Below are positions 38,801-52,449 of a stretch of 64,000 bases of DNA, piece after piece. The number at the start of each line of letters is the position of its first letter. The stretch's first letter is position 1. Source of the stretch: Octopus sinensis (Eukaryota); assembly GCF_006345805.1 (NCBI RefSeq), contig NC_043009.1, positions 64,232,001 to 64,296,000 on the forward strand, written 5' to 3'. A program made the position numbers and the translations under genes. Under the pieces are notes generated by a model that did no database searches, was not told where the DNA came from, and saw only the letters and a program-made list of their open reading frames with translations.

Positions 38801-41043
38801 ACTGTTTTAACTGAAGAATGGACAAAAATTCCTTTGGAAACAATTCAGACTTTGTACGAGTCCATAACACGTAGAATTCAAGCTATAATTACTGCCAAAG
38901 GCTGTCCTACACCATGTTAAAATAAATTTGTTTGAAATTTTAAGGTTTTTTCCATTACTTTGTCCAACCCCTGTACTTCGTTGTCATCAGTTTCTGATCG
39001 TCATACATGGGAAACTGCAATAATATTGTTTTCAAATTTTGGCACAAGGCCAGCAAGCTCGGGACAGAGGTTAAGTCGATTACATCGACTGGTATTTAAT
39101 TTATTGACCTCGGAAAGATGAAAAGCAAAGTCCACTTCAGTGGAATTTCAAGTCAGAACGTAAAGACGGACGGACGGACGGAATGCCGCCAAGCATTTTG
39201 TCCGTCGTGCTAATGATTCTTCCAGTTCGCCAAAACAATTCTCCTAAAACTATGAGTATTCTTCAGTTTTTGAGTTATTGTTTTCCTTTGATCAAGTCCT
39301 AAATATATTTGTCAATTTCTCACATAGTAATGATGACGGCCGTCTTTCTACCGGCTTAAAGATCATAGACAGTAACCCAACTCCACAAAAAGTCATTAAT
39401 TCGGTTGATTGTTAAATACTTATTCACTGACTGGAATTAACTCACTATTCTCTTACAGCCTGCAGAATTCAAGAGCTCTGTTTCTCTTCCGTCTAACTCT
39501 GTTCTTCCGTCTAATGTACAAATGATAATTACAATAATTAAATATTTTAATTTTCACTGTACTAAAATATATTTTCAGTTAGCGTTTGGTTTCCTCTGAT
39601 ATTAGCTGTTGTCGGGAAAATGGGTGTGACAGCATCATTTAATGGTATTTATTTAACCTCGGCAGAACTATTTCCAACGGCTGTACGGTACGTGCAATGT
39701 TTTACCATTTGAACACGAATTTTCGCATTAATTACAATGTGCTTTTAATTGGAATGATTCTGATATAAAATATATTGGGCCCACTGTATGTTTAATCCAG
39801 AAAGGCTATCGTTTTCCAGTTCGATAATATAAACTTATCCACATGCTTGCATTTACTGAAAGTTTTTTTCTTTCTAGAATTTAGTAGTTCGGTGGAGTTC
39901 TTGAATTGAAAAAAGAAAAGGATAGGAGTTCTTTCGGTTATAAAAAAGGTCTGTAAAGCCGAAAAAGATAGTGGGTAGGAGACGAAATAGAGTAGGGAGA
40001 GAAGATTGCGAAGGGCAATGTTACATGTAATGCATGGAAAAGAAATGACGGTGCAAGAAAGAAAACAGAGATGAACTAAAAATAGATAAAACAATAGATC
40101 TTAATTAATTTTCTAGTTGGTGATTTCTGTTTGTAACCTTACCAAAAATGTCAAAACGTATCTTCATTGTCCCCCGACCCACCTACGACTGTCTCTTATA
40201 TGTAGTACCCCTAATAATTCTTCCTTCTGGGGCTTGGTTTACTTTTATCTGTTTATATAGTACCCACGATGAAATAGCGAAACACACACACACACACACA
40301 CACACACAATAGAAATTAGGAAAGAACCATCTGCTTACACCCCCTTACAGTCCCCTTATCTCTCACAACTATCTCCAGATCCCTGCATTTCATTCAATTG
40401 AAACTTAATATCAATATCCAAGGTTTGCAAAGTATAGACCTCATTCCCACCATGGGGTCTTTGCTTTGGCAGTATCTCAGTCAATAGAGATGGAAATGTG
40501 TTACAGTGGAAAATAGATTATCATTCGCTACATCTCTCTATCAAGTTGTCTCTCTCAATCTCTCTCTTCCGTATTTATTCCACCTTGTTTTCTTTAATGA
40601 TATACTCAAATCCACATCTTTCGGATAGAGTACTTCTTCAGGGGAAACATCTTTTATGTGTTAAAATTTTTAGATTTTCCACTCCCAAGGGCAATTCCAT
40701 TCTACACTTTCCGTCGATTTCTCTAAATTCTTCAAGACTTGCTGATGCCGATCATCACCAGTCTACTTGGAGTCTCTTTTTTCTAAACTTGTCAATGTTT
40801 ATATAAAACGTATTCTGTTTTCTTTTATATTCCAGCAACAGTGGCATGGGAACTGCTTCATCGTTTGCTCGAGTTGGTGGGATTGTTGCACCAATATTTC
40901 TCGGACTTTCCACATATGGCTCTTGGATACCTCTCACTGTATATGGAATCTTCGCAGTTGTTGCTGGATTGCTGATCCTTTTACTACCCGAAATGAAGGA
41001 TGCTTGTTTACTTCAAACACTGGAAGACATGCATAATTTTTAG
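26181..41043 (+). CDS. SLC22-family organic ion transporter, gene C, intact, 552 aa, close paralogue of B
   Basis: Exons 26181-26214, 32147-32520, 34576-34679, 35192-35346, 36239-36410, 37047-37334, 38146-38360, 39579-39687, 40836-41043. Exon lengths and phases are identical to gene B, with no stops or frameshifts in the spliced frame. Confidence 0.92.
26990..28200 (+). repeat. CT-rich polypyrimidine tract with degenerate ~300-bp periodicity
   Basis: The block CTGTCTTTCCCTCTGTCTCTTG..CCTTTTCTCTCTCC.ACTCTT recurs near 27225, 27525 and 27830. Confidence 0.6.
28740..29760 (-). mobile_element. Degraded mariner (DD34D) transposon
   Basis: MFHQDSARPHTA and PPYSPDLAPSDYHLFHSLQN motifs (28941-29144). 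The N-terminal HTH-like segment is at 29468-29600. The frame carries stops and frameshifts. Confidence 0.9.
29985..31275. repeat. ~1.3-kb minisatellite of 9-13-bp (G)AAAATTTT(C) monomers with 91-bp and 359-bp higher-order repeats, in gene C intron 1
   Basis: The marker TTGCCGTCG occurs at 30271, 30362, 30630 and 30721. Confidence 0.9.
31280..31638 (-). mobile_element. Helitron/HINE-like 5' end pointing into the minisatellite
   Basis: The minus strand starts TCATATCTATAAAAGGGAGGATGTGTGTGCGTGTGTG, the same style of start as 3798 and 21557. No 3' CTAG end was found. Confidence 0.45.
33622..33721 (-). ncRNA. Type I hammerhead fold with intact core in a TA-flanked element (~33340-33985), antisense in gene C intron 2
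   Basis: Minus strand: TCC / CTGAAGA (33713-33707) / long stem II (A10.1-A11.1, inner AATAGAA/TTCTATT hairpin) / GAA / ACG-GT-CGT / C17 (GUC at 33630) / GGA. Stem I is short. Confidence 0.6.
34078..34459 (-). mobile_element. SINE family B
   Basis: Reverse-complement match to the 25064 copy. Confidence 0.85.
34835..35100 (+). mobile_element. Mariner-like 5' end relic (paralogous to 14500-14690)
   Basis: TACGAAGTGGCAACAAACAGTTCCCGGA...GCGCGCCAATAGATGGCAGCAC. Confidence 0.55.
35761..36160 (+). mobile_element. Two adjacent SINE-A copies; only the second has a counterpart in gene B (17365). Another copy lies at ~39030-39232 (-)
   Basis: GGCAGCGAGCTGGCAGAA heads at ~35772 and ~36007. Confidence 0.7.
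37604..38040 (+). mobile_element. 5'-truncated non-LTR retrotransposon with a restriction-like endonuclease (R4/Dong/NeSL-type) inside a (TACA)n/(CA)n tract
   Basis: KHNRPDIMIWDREEKLCTVVEISCP...KGNTY matches the RPD...E...KxxxY PD-(D/E)xK signature. It is absent from the equivalent microsatellite in gene B intron 6. Confidence 0.78.
38560..38974 (+). mobile_element. Degraded Tc1 (DD34E) transposase 3' half with terminal TTTGTCCAACCCCTG|TA
   Basis: FRDDNATIHTAKVV...HLIWPPQSPDL motifs. Confidence 0.85.
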
Positions 41044-41532
41044 ATTTGGTCTCCCGCAGAAAATCTCTTTTGAGTAAAATTTAAACAAGGATGCAGTGTC
41101 CAAGAACTTAACATGGATTTTATATCAATTAACATTGAACTGCTTCATTACAATTACAACTTAGCTTTGCTGTTAAAACCATCGTTTATTTGTGCGATTA
41201 AAACCTACACCTATTTTGTTATTCCCATCACTGAGCTTAATCATTTTAATCAATACGCAGGCCTCTGATTAGAATTTAATTGCAACCAACACTCAACCAT
41301 ATTATTTAAAATGTCACTGAATGTTTTATTTATCTACTTTCATATTTCACTGTTTTGGAACTGAAGAATTTTTTTGTTTGAAATCATTAAAATATTGTTA
41401 AGTATTTTAAAAGTGTTTCTCTATTTCGGTTTCTTATTTTTACTACAAATACTTTCTACAACAATTTATCTGTTTCCCGTACATAATTCATTAACTTCAC
41501 TAGTTTCTAACTTTTGTAAAAGTTTGTTAAAG

Positions 41533-41591
<59 letters not shown>

Positions 41592-41593
41592 TA

Positions 41594-41639
<46 letters not shown>

Positions 41640-41994
41640 CATATCAGGCTACACTATAGATACAATAGGAGAAATAAGCATTTAAATTATAATGGCGCGG
41701 GGAGCCTTAATTTGAAAAAGGAATCTTGTAAAAAGACATCACAGAAACAAGACATTATTTGGTTTACCCTCACCCTGTTTTCCCTACAGGTTAAATACCT
41801 CCCTAAGATGTTCTTTAAGTTGATTGAGGAGAACTTCCCCTTGGTGCATGAATACCATTCCATTTTTAATAGATCATTCTTGAAACTTTCCTATTCCACG
41901 ACACGGAACTTAGGGCCAATCATTGCTAGAAATAATAGACTTAAACTACGAAATAAGGTCTCTCTCTCTCTCTCTCTCTCTCTAATTCACCCCA

Positions 41995-42385
41995 TGCGTA
42001 ATAGTCTGCTGGCTTGATGTCAGGTGAGCTAGGAGGACATTTATCGAGAAGAGCGTTATTATAGAGATCGGCACGCATGCACGCTTGGGTTGTGCTAAGC
42101 CTTATGGGACGGCGGAGAGTTTCGTTGGAAGACGTACAGTCATCCGTTACTACTGTGTCTAACCCTCTTCAATAATTCTCCGTAGAGAGCGCATTGACTC
42201 TTAAGCCCTGTGAGAAAAAGAAGTGAAGAGGAATGACACCTTCATCGTTGCTGCGGCTCCCAGAAGCATCGCAGTTGCTAGGAACTTACTATGCATGACC
42301 GTTGGAGTCTCGTTAGGGTCTCTGCATAACCATCTGTTTACCCTCCGGTCTTCATTGAAGTTTTTCTCATCGGACAGAAACCAAA
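41995..42385 (-). mobile_element. Degraded maT/DD37D-like transposase segment; a related C-terminal piece lies at ~44030-44170 (+)
   Basis: WFLSDEKNF...RWLCRDP..TPTVMHSKF and YVFQRNSPPSHKA. The 44 kb piece reads CNTKTELAVKIEEVFADLSRDTVKNACAKFRRHLE. Confidence 0.65.
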
Positions 42386-43090
42386 GCTTTTCAGAGGTAA
42401 TCGACTTACCCCTCCCCCGAAACTGCTGGCCTTGTACCAAAATTTGAAACCAATATGCTCTCCGTCCTTATATGAAAACAGACGAATCAATAATTAAACC
42501 GAATGAATTGATAGTGTTCTAATGAAAGCCATAAAACACAAACGTTACTTATAAAAGTCATCAACAAAGAGGACGGCATAAAGTGTTCCAGCTAAAAGCC
42601 ATGGCAATCATGGTTGAAGAGAAAGATGGCATATTAGCAGTATTAAGATCATGGGCCAGCAATTTTGGGGGAGGGAGAAGTTAATTAAATCGCCCCCAAT
42701 GCTCAAATGATACTTATTTTATGGATCTTGAAAAGGATTAAGGCAAGGTCGACATCGGCGGAACTTGAACTCAGAACGTAAAGACGAGCGAAATGCCTCT
42801 AAGCATTTTTCTTGGTGCGGTAACGACTCTGCCATGTCACTGCCCTATCACTGTGTTAAGATAACGTTAGTACTAAGCAAGTCACTGTTTGCGTTAAGAA
42901 GTGGAATATTTATGAAAGTTTAGTAGCTGGCGAAGCTGTTAAGTCTTAAGAATGTGCTGTACCTGAGACTATAGAAACGAAATGTACATGAGACATGAGA
43001 GAGAAGGGAGGGGGGAGGCGGAAGAGATGGGAGAGGGACTGGGTGAGATTCAGCAGGATGTTGTAATAGTTAATGTAACGAAATGGGCGA

Positions 43091-43590
<500 letters not shown>

Positions 43591-45832
43591 TGAACAAAAA
43601 TGAAAGAAGAAAAGAAAAAGAAAGAAAAAAGATGCAAAAGAAAATAAGAAAATAATCATAAAAGATCAACTTTCTCTTATCTGCTGTACACAAACTGTAC
43701 GTTCCAATTTATTTAGGGAATTATTTGTGGCTCTATAAGTCTACAAAACTTCGTAGATATTCGAGAGGTATTTTTCCATCCAGATCTCGTTTTGGCAAGC
43801 ATGGAATTTACCCAGTCAAATGCTGCTACATTAGAATTTTGAAAAGACAAATAAGTTTCTTCAATGTTTTTGCGGTATCAAGCTTTAGTCAACGAAAGAA
43901 ATATTCGAAATAAAAGCACTAATTGTAAAATACTACCAATACATATTGGTTTCAAATTGTTGCACAAGGCCAAGAGTTTCGGGGGAGAGGGGTAAGTCTG
44001 TTACATACAAACTGCTCTACTTGCAACACCAAGACCGAGCTGGCGGTCAAGATCGAGGAAGTGTTCGCTGATCTTTCCAGGGACACAGTGAAGAACGCAT
44101 GTGCCAAGTTCCGGAGGCATCTTGAGGGGTGTTGGAAGCTGAGAGTGGCTACTCTGAGTAACCTGTTACGTCACAGCTATAATCTATATCATATTTTGTC
44201 TTTTTTTTAAATACTGTCGTAGAGGTCAACTGTCTTGCTGATGTGAATGAATATTTCTGAAAATCAAGGAGAAAAATGATAACTATGGACAACTGACTGC
44301 TTCAAAACCTCCACCTTCTATATCCGGTCTATAAATTCACATTCATACAAACAATAATTGGTGCAGTTGTCTTTCTGATAATCTGGATAAACTAAGGTTT
44401 TCAGAGAAAGAATTCAACCAACTTGCACTTTACAAATGCAATCCGTAAGTGGAGCAATAAAAATATGGAAGACCTTTCTCAAGTTTAAAATGTGATATTG
44501 TGTTTGTTGTCTATATTCCACCGATGGAGATTTGATCTTAGTTAGAAACCAACTCCTGCCTAAGAGGAAGAATTTAAACAATTAAAACCAGAAGAGTACA
44601 TAATACATTCATACATGTGGAGGAGTCTCTCACCCTTCTTTTTCAGCCAGGCAATATCGTTACAAAATGAAAGCAATTTCGTAGCGTTCGGTATTATGTC
44701 AATATCGGAATCTAAAAAATTCGGCATACAAGTTGCCGCACAATAGATTTTAAAAGATAACTTGACTGCATAATCAGTTATGATTATCCTTAATACAGTT
44801 AAACTACCTGATGGATTTGATGTGTTTTAGAAGGTCATCTTATTTTAATTGGTGTGTTACACTTTTTAAAGGTTATATGTTTTAGGTAGTAACATTTCGT
44901 CCGTCTTCACATTCTGAATTCAAATTCCGCTGAGGTCGACTTTGCCTTTCATCTAATCGGGATCGATGAAATATGTACCAATCGAGCACGTTTAAAACCT
45001 TCTCCGAATGTTTTAGCAGGAGAATAAGACTCCATTCAGTAAACCAGACCGTGCGTTTGACAGTGTCTTTCTACTCTGAACAGATTCTTAAACCTTTTCC
45101 ATCGGAATCTCTGTTAATGTTTCTTTACCCTATAGAATTGCCGGGCTTCAAGAAGCATAGAAATCTGAATTTGTCAACTACCAATATATTATCTTCATTT
45201 TCAACAAATTGGGGAGCTTTTATATATGTGGCCGTTCTTTAAAAAAATAATAGCCAAATCCTCCTTAGATCAGACTTACCCGTCTTAGGAAAGTAGTGAT
45301 GATGATGATGTTGATGATGAGAGCTGGAATAACTTCGATCATGTGTCTACTTGATCATTGCCGAACTGGGAGCTAAACACAAACAACAACATATTCCACC
45401 ATCTCAAAATATTGAAACAGTAGGAAGCAATTACCTGTTTCACCATCTTCAAGCTTTCTCAGTAACCACCGTTTCAGATTACATTTACTGAATCTGGTCT
45501 GCTTACCGAACCAATCAGCAGCCTTTCAATCACTCTACCGGACGGCCAGTTTCGACACTTAATTATTGGCCGACATTGCCAGATATCTCGCCGCCAATGA
45601 ACGTTGGAGAAAATAAGGAGCTGTAATATAATGGAGTCAAATCTGACAAATGTATACTTCTGTTGGAACCTGGGGAATTGCACTATTATAAGAAAAACAA
45701 TATATGTGAAATAAAGAAACAACAAATATATAAAATCAGGCAGTATATATTTTCATAAATTTGATATTAAATATTCGCAGACGTTCGTGTATTTGAAACT
45801 CTCCGAAATGGAATCTCCACGATAAACCAAAT

Positions 45833-47907
45833 TTACAGATTATCCATGTCTTCCAGTGTTTGAAGTAAACAAGCATCCTTCATTTCAGGAAGCAAAAGGA
45901 TCAGCAATCCAGCAGCAATTCCTAAGAGTCCATAGGTAGTAAGAGGTATCCAAAAGCCATATACAGAGAGCCCAAGAATTACTGGTGAAAGTAATGCACC
46001 AATTCGAGAAAAAGACACAGACGTACTCAAGCCATTGTTGCTGAAATATAATAAAAAAATATATACATAAGCAAGGATGAAATCTTTATAAAATTTTATC
46101 AAGTTGCCAACACGTAATAAAGCCATATAGGAAACAATACAAAATTTATAGTTATATAATTATATACTCTTTTACTCTTTTACTTGTTTCAGTCATTTGA
46201 CTGCGGCCATGCTGGAGCACCGCCTTTAGTCGAGCAAATCGCACCTAGGACTTATTCTTTGTAAGCCTAGTACTTATTCTATCGGTCTCTTTGCCGAACT
46301 GCTAAGTTACGGGGAAGTAATCACACCAGCATCGGTTGTCAAGCGATGTTGTGGGGACAAACACAGACACACAAACACTCATACACATATATATATACAT
46401 ATATACGACGGGCTTCTTTCAGTTTCCATCTTCCAAATCCACTCACAAGGCTTTGGTCGGCTCGAGGCTATAGTAGAAGACACTTGCTCAAGGTGCCACG
46501 CAGTGGGACTGAACCCGGAACCATGTGCTTGGTAAGCAAGCTACTTACCACACAACCACTCCTGCGCCTATATAATTATATATTTTGGATAAAAAAATAT
46601 ACATACACATTTGACATATTTGTATGTTTTTATTTTGCTAGAAAAGAAGACAGAAATATCGTGAGATAGAGAGGAAAAGAGGGAGAGAGAGAGATGGAGA
46701 GAGAATGAGAGAGAGAGAGTGAGAGAGAGAATGGGTGGGAGAGAGAGGGAGAGAATGAGATAGAGAGAGAGAGAGTGTGTGAGGAAGAATGTATTTTCCA
46801 AGGACGCACTTCGATGTAGAATAAATAAAAAGATGTCGAAACACGACACCGGTAACTACTGAGATTCTAGCAACAGCCCACTGCAAAATTACTATGGTCT
46901 ATACAACTACACGAACATAACAGCAAATGATATCAAGGTGGGGGTGTACTCGACTCGTAGTTTCTCAGAATCGAGATAAAGAAAACTTCATCTCTATGTC
47001 TCGATTCATATGGAGACGCTGAGAACAAAACATACGATTTAATAAGAAATCATATTGTGTATACTTGATAGGTCCTCTTCTTACTAGGAGTTCGTAATTA
47101 CCACCACTGCTTCTGTGAATCAATGTATCACATACTACAATAGCCTGCAATATCTACCCACGGGAAACCCGGTCTATTCTATTGTTTTCTCCAAATTTGC
47201 AGACTGTTTAAGAACCTCAAACTGTTGGGTGTTTGGAACTCGGAAAGGCAACTGACGCCCTCTTTGGCCAGTATACAATTGTGCAAGATTGAGCAATTAT
47301 TACTATAATTGCGCAAGTGCGATAGAAAAGTCAAGCAACAGTTGTTACAGCAATAGCAATGTATTATGTTATAGGCGCAGGAGTGGCTGTGTGGTAAGTA
47401 GCTTGCTTACCAACCACATGGTTCCGGGTTCAGTCCCACTGCGTGGTATCTTGGGCAAGTGTCTTCTGCTATAGCCCCGGGCCGACCAATGCCTTGTGAG
47501 TGGATTTGGTAGACGGAAACTGAAAGAAGCCCGTCGTATATATGTATATATATATATATAAGTGTGTGTGTATATGTTTGTGTGTCTGTGTTTGTCCCCC
47601 TAGCATTGCTTGACAACCGATGGTGGTGTGCTTACGTCCCCGTCACTTTGCGGTTCGGCAAAAGAGACCGATTGAATAAGTACTGGGCTTACAAAGAATA
47701 AGTCCCGGGGTCGATCTGCTCGACTAAATGCGGTGCTCCAGCATGGCCGCAATTAAATGACTGAAACAAGTAAAAGAGTAAAGAGTAATATATAATCAAA
47801 ATAAGCCACAAGGATATCCAGAGGTAATGCAGTACGTTCGTTTCATGCAACTCCATTTAATTGAACAATGCAATCATTACATAAATTCATCTGAATCTAA
47901 ATTTTTG

Positions 47908-47952
<45 letters not shown>

Positions 47953-50900
47953 AGGTGAAGATCAAAATCTTTCAAAGGGATGTCAAATATCCAAGTCCAC
48001 CAGAACAATTGAAGCAAAGAATACATATAAATATATATTCAGTACAGGTATACCTCACCCTAAGTTGTTAATTGGTTCCAAGAGACACGACTTAAGTCGA
48101 ATTTCTTGTCCTTACGTTAGGCTAGACTTGGCCTAGCCTAGCCTAAACTGCTAATAGCCATTCCCCAGTGCTGTACTTTATGAGTGCATTTTCGATAAGA
48201 CGGGGTTAATAAAAACCTATTTTAAGTTTACAAACAAATGTATTTGTTACCTAGTTATAATTATTTGCTTCAGTGAACGAGGCTAAACTACTTTATGGTG
48301 TGTATTTTAGCATTTACTGTTTTTTGATATGATTTTATATGCTTTTATTCTTATTTTTTTTTAAAACGTGATTTTATTTGCTTTTAATATTTTTTAGTGT
48401 TTTTACGATTCCTATATTATTGGCGAACCGATGTAAAGTCAACTAAAACGACTTAACTTCATTTGCATTTTTCTATATATTATTTTTGAAAGCCGACGTA
48501 TCTTCGAGAACGACTAAAATCAAAACGACTCAAGTTGAGGTATCCCTGTATTTGCAAAATCAATCAATAAAAAAATTAATTAAAATTTTAAAGATATTTT
48601 GAGTGTTTTAATTTAGGTTCATCTGTTATTGTGAAACGGTGAGTATTTACGTTTAATTATTTTGCAACCGTTTTGATATTTCTATTTATTTAATTACTAA
48701 CTGACCCCGTGCCGTCAAAACTGACGGCTAATTGTAGCTTTTATATTTAGATAAGGTACAAAATAAGGGACATAATAATTACAAATACAAGCATTCACGT
48801 ACTTCCCTTGTACACACACACACACACACACAGACACACACACTCACCCTACCACATATATACTCAAATAGAGTTGTAATGCTGTCAGAATTTTCTTTTC
48901 AGCGTTGAACATTCACCATCCTATTTCCATTGCGCACATACACACACTCACGCACACTCACGCACACACACACCAACATTCACATATCCCCTTTGATTTA
49001 CATACAAATATATTCACACAGAGTTGGCTGGCTGATTTTTCACCACCTTCCTTCTTTATTCTTCTATCTCCCCTTCCTTTTTCATGTTGAAAATAGTAGA
49101 TACACCACGCGTTCTTTGCCACTCTTTTTCTCACGTGGCTATTACTTTCTCTCACTCTCTCAGTCAGGACTATTACTCCCACAACTTCTCCTTGACTGTA
49201 GTATTACGTTCTCTCCTCTCCCTTCACTGATACTGCTCTTTCTCTGTCTTACTGTTTTACTTGAAGGTGGTCTTTTAGTAAACATAAGAATTACTTTTTA
49301 TTTTTATTTTCGTTCCATATATTATTATTAACTTTGAAAGGCGGCGAGCTGGCAGAAACGTTAGCACGCCGGGCGAAATGCGTAGCCGTATTTCGTCTGC
49401 CGTTACGTTCTGAGTTCAAATTACGCCGAGTTCGACTTTGCCTTTCATCCTTTCGGGGTCGATAAGTTAAGTACCAGTTACGCACTGGGGTTGATGTAAT
49501 CGACTTAATCCGTTTGCCTGTCCTTGTTTGTCCCCTCTATGACTAGCCCCTTGTGGGTAATAAAGAAACATATATTATTAACTTTGAATTATGACATTTA
49601 TTACGTTTTATATATATATATATAAGCATATGTATGCGTGTGTATGTATATATGTGTGTATACCTACTAACTCATACGTGTGTGTGTGTAACAATGTTTT
49701 AGAGGGAATTATATTGGTTCGATTTCGACATCAGAATCAAATTGTAACAACTGAAACATTCTCTCCAAAGAATCAACTACACCTACCGTACTACTGTTGG
49801 AAAAAGTTCCGCTGACGTCAGAAAGACACCGTCAAATGCTGCTGTCGTACCGAGCTTCCCGAGGACAGTTAATATCAGAGGAAACCAAAAGCTAACTGAA
49901 AAGAAATAGTATATAATGACAATAAACGTATTTAACATTTGTAAATATCGAGTTACGTTGGTGAGGAAGTGTTTGGGAATTAATCAAACGAATGGAGTTT
50001 GTGGAGTATTATTTACTATTCTTAACGTTCTGAGTATCTCGGTAGATGCGACGAACTTGTTTCTATCTAACTGACAAGGTACTACCTTGTAAAAAAAAAA
50101 AAGAAACAGCAGAAACAAAGCAACGGTAACCGTTGCATTCTCCAACAAAAATTACAGCAAAATCACAGAGCGCTTTCTAAGGAGGTCATCAAGCTTTTCG
50201 ATCGCCGAACTAACTGCTTTTCATGTCATCATTGAAGGTTTTTTCCATCCTTTCTTTCCGTGTAGTATGTGTCAGGTATGAAGCGACTAGCTTCTGTTTA
50301 GGTGGATGGATGGAAGCACTCCGTCGGTTACGACGATGAGGGTTCCGGTTGATCCGAATCAACGTAACAGCCTGCTCGTGAAATTAACGTGTAAGTGGCT
50401 GAGCACTCCACAGACACGTGCACCCTTAACGTAGTTCTCGGGGATATTCAGCGTGACACAGAGAGTGAGAAGGCCGGCCCCTTGAAATACAGGTACAACA
50501 GAAACAGGAAGTAAGAGTGAGAGAAAGTTGTGGTGAAAGAGTACAGCAGGGATCACCAGCATCCCTGCCGGAGCCTCGTGGAGCTTTTAGGTGTTTTCGC
50601 TCAATAAACACTCACAACGCCCGGTCTGGGAATCGAAACCGCGATCCTATGACCGCGAGTTCGCTGCCCTAACCACTGGGCCATTGCGTCTCCACTCTGT
50701 TTAGGTAACTCGTAACTAAAGAAGGTAACGGAAGGGGGATAATATTTTGAAATAAGGCTCAGCGTGCTGAAGACAAGTGAATCTTATGGTAGATAAGATT
50801 TAGTAGATTGTGAAGTAGAATTAATTCCTGCCAGCGATAGTGCAATAATGTAGTATGGCAGTGAACATCTGTTCCAAGAGATCAAAAATAGGAAGAGATT

Positions 50901-51165
50901 GCAAATAGGAAATTAACTCCGAGCTACACATGATACTCAGATGAAAGTTTTTGTGGTGTTTGGTGTTTTTTTTTTTCAAAGCTGAGGCATTTTGAATTTT
51001 TGATTTGTCAGAAGAACCGCTTCAAGACCTGGATCAATAATATGCGAACTGAATGGTGGAATACATAGAGGCTAAAAAAGTCGTGCTTATTCATGTATGT
51101 ATACATATGTATGTGTGTGTATGTGTGGATGCATATATATGTATATACATGCATATAAGAACATA

Positions 51166-51264
<99 letters not shown>

Positions 51265-51818
51265 CAATAAGAGGCTTCCAAATAGGAAAGCCTTGTGCGA
51301 GAAAGAGCAGTAGAAAACTCAGACAACCAAATAAGGATAAATTATCGAAAGGAATGAAAATTAAAAACGTTTACCATCTCAATTATTTCCCAGACCATGG
51401 TTTCTAACTATTTCCAGCAAAAAAATATTCGCTGAAGGCCAGTTTCATCAGTGGGACAGTCTTTAGACTTCAAATATACATACAGCCAGATCCACATGTA
51501 AAACTAACTGCCTGTATATCCTAACTTTTCAGACCACTGCGCAGACGCAGATTATACCCGGCGACAGAGAGGATGCCGGTAAACATTTCGAACAAATTTA
51601 TCAAAGAATATTTAAACATAATAAATAACAATAGGGTAATAAGAAATTATTATTACCAGTGGCCTAGCACAAAAACGAATTAGTCTGGTGGTCTGAGTTT
51701 TCTACTGTTCTAGCACAAGGCTTTCTATGTGAATAATATATAGTCTAATAACTAATTCGTTTTTGTGCTAGGCCACTGGTAATAATAATTTCTTATTACC
51801 CTGTTGTTATTTATTATG

Positions 51819-51912
<94 letters not shown>

Positions 51913-52091
51913 ATGTATAATTGTGTGTGCGCGTGTGTCTATGTTTGTATGTGTGTGTTTAAACGAATAAGGAAAAATATAAGTGCACAATCTTCCTTGA
52001 TTAAGAAGCCATCTGTGCACTTATATTTTTCCCTATTCGTTGAAAAACACGCGCGCGCGCACACACGCACATACACACAAATATACATACA

Positions 52092-52135
<44 letters not shown>

Positions 52136-52412
52136 GGAGTAAACACATAAATGTGAAACAAGGTGGAAAAAAGAGTACTCAAATACCAGTGGTAGAGTAA
52201 TATGCTTATTTAAAGCAGCAGAAAATTCAACAAAATCTGTTACTCTGAGTTTCTCGTTGCCGTTCATCAGACAGTTTTTGCTAGAATGGAACCGATATAT
52301 CAATTCAATTGAATTGATATATCGGTTCCATTCTAGCAAAAACTGTCTGATGAACGGCAACGAGAAACTCAGAGTAACAGATTTTGTTGAATTTTCTGCT
52401 GCTTTAAATAAA

Positions 52413-52449
<37 letters not shown>

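Noticed and set aside
45536-45600. GAAACTGGCCGTC on the minus strand in the gene D 3' flank
   Set aside because: No CUGANGA-like core or matching stem I upstream.
46950-47035. GAAACTACGAGTC with a long upstream hairpin on the minus strand
   Set aside because: The core reads CATATGA and five extra bases separate stem II from GAAA; not supportable.
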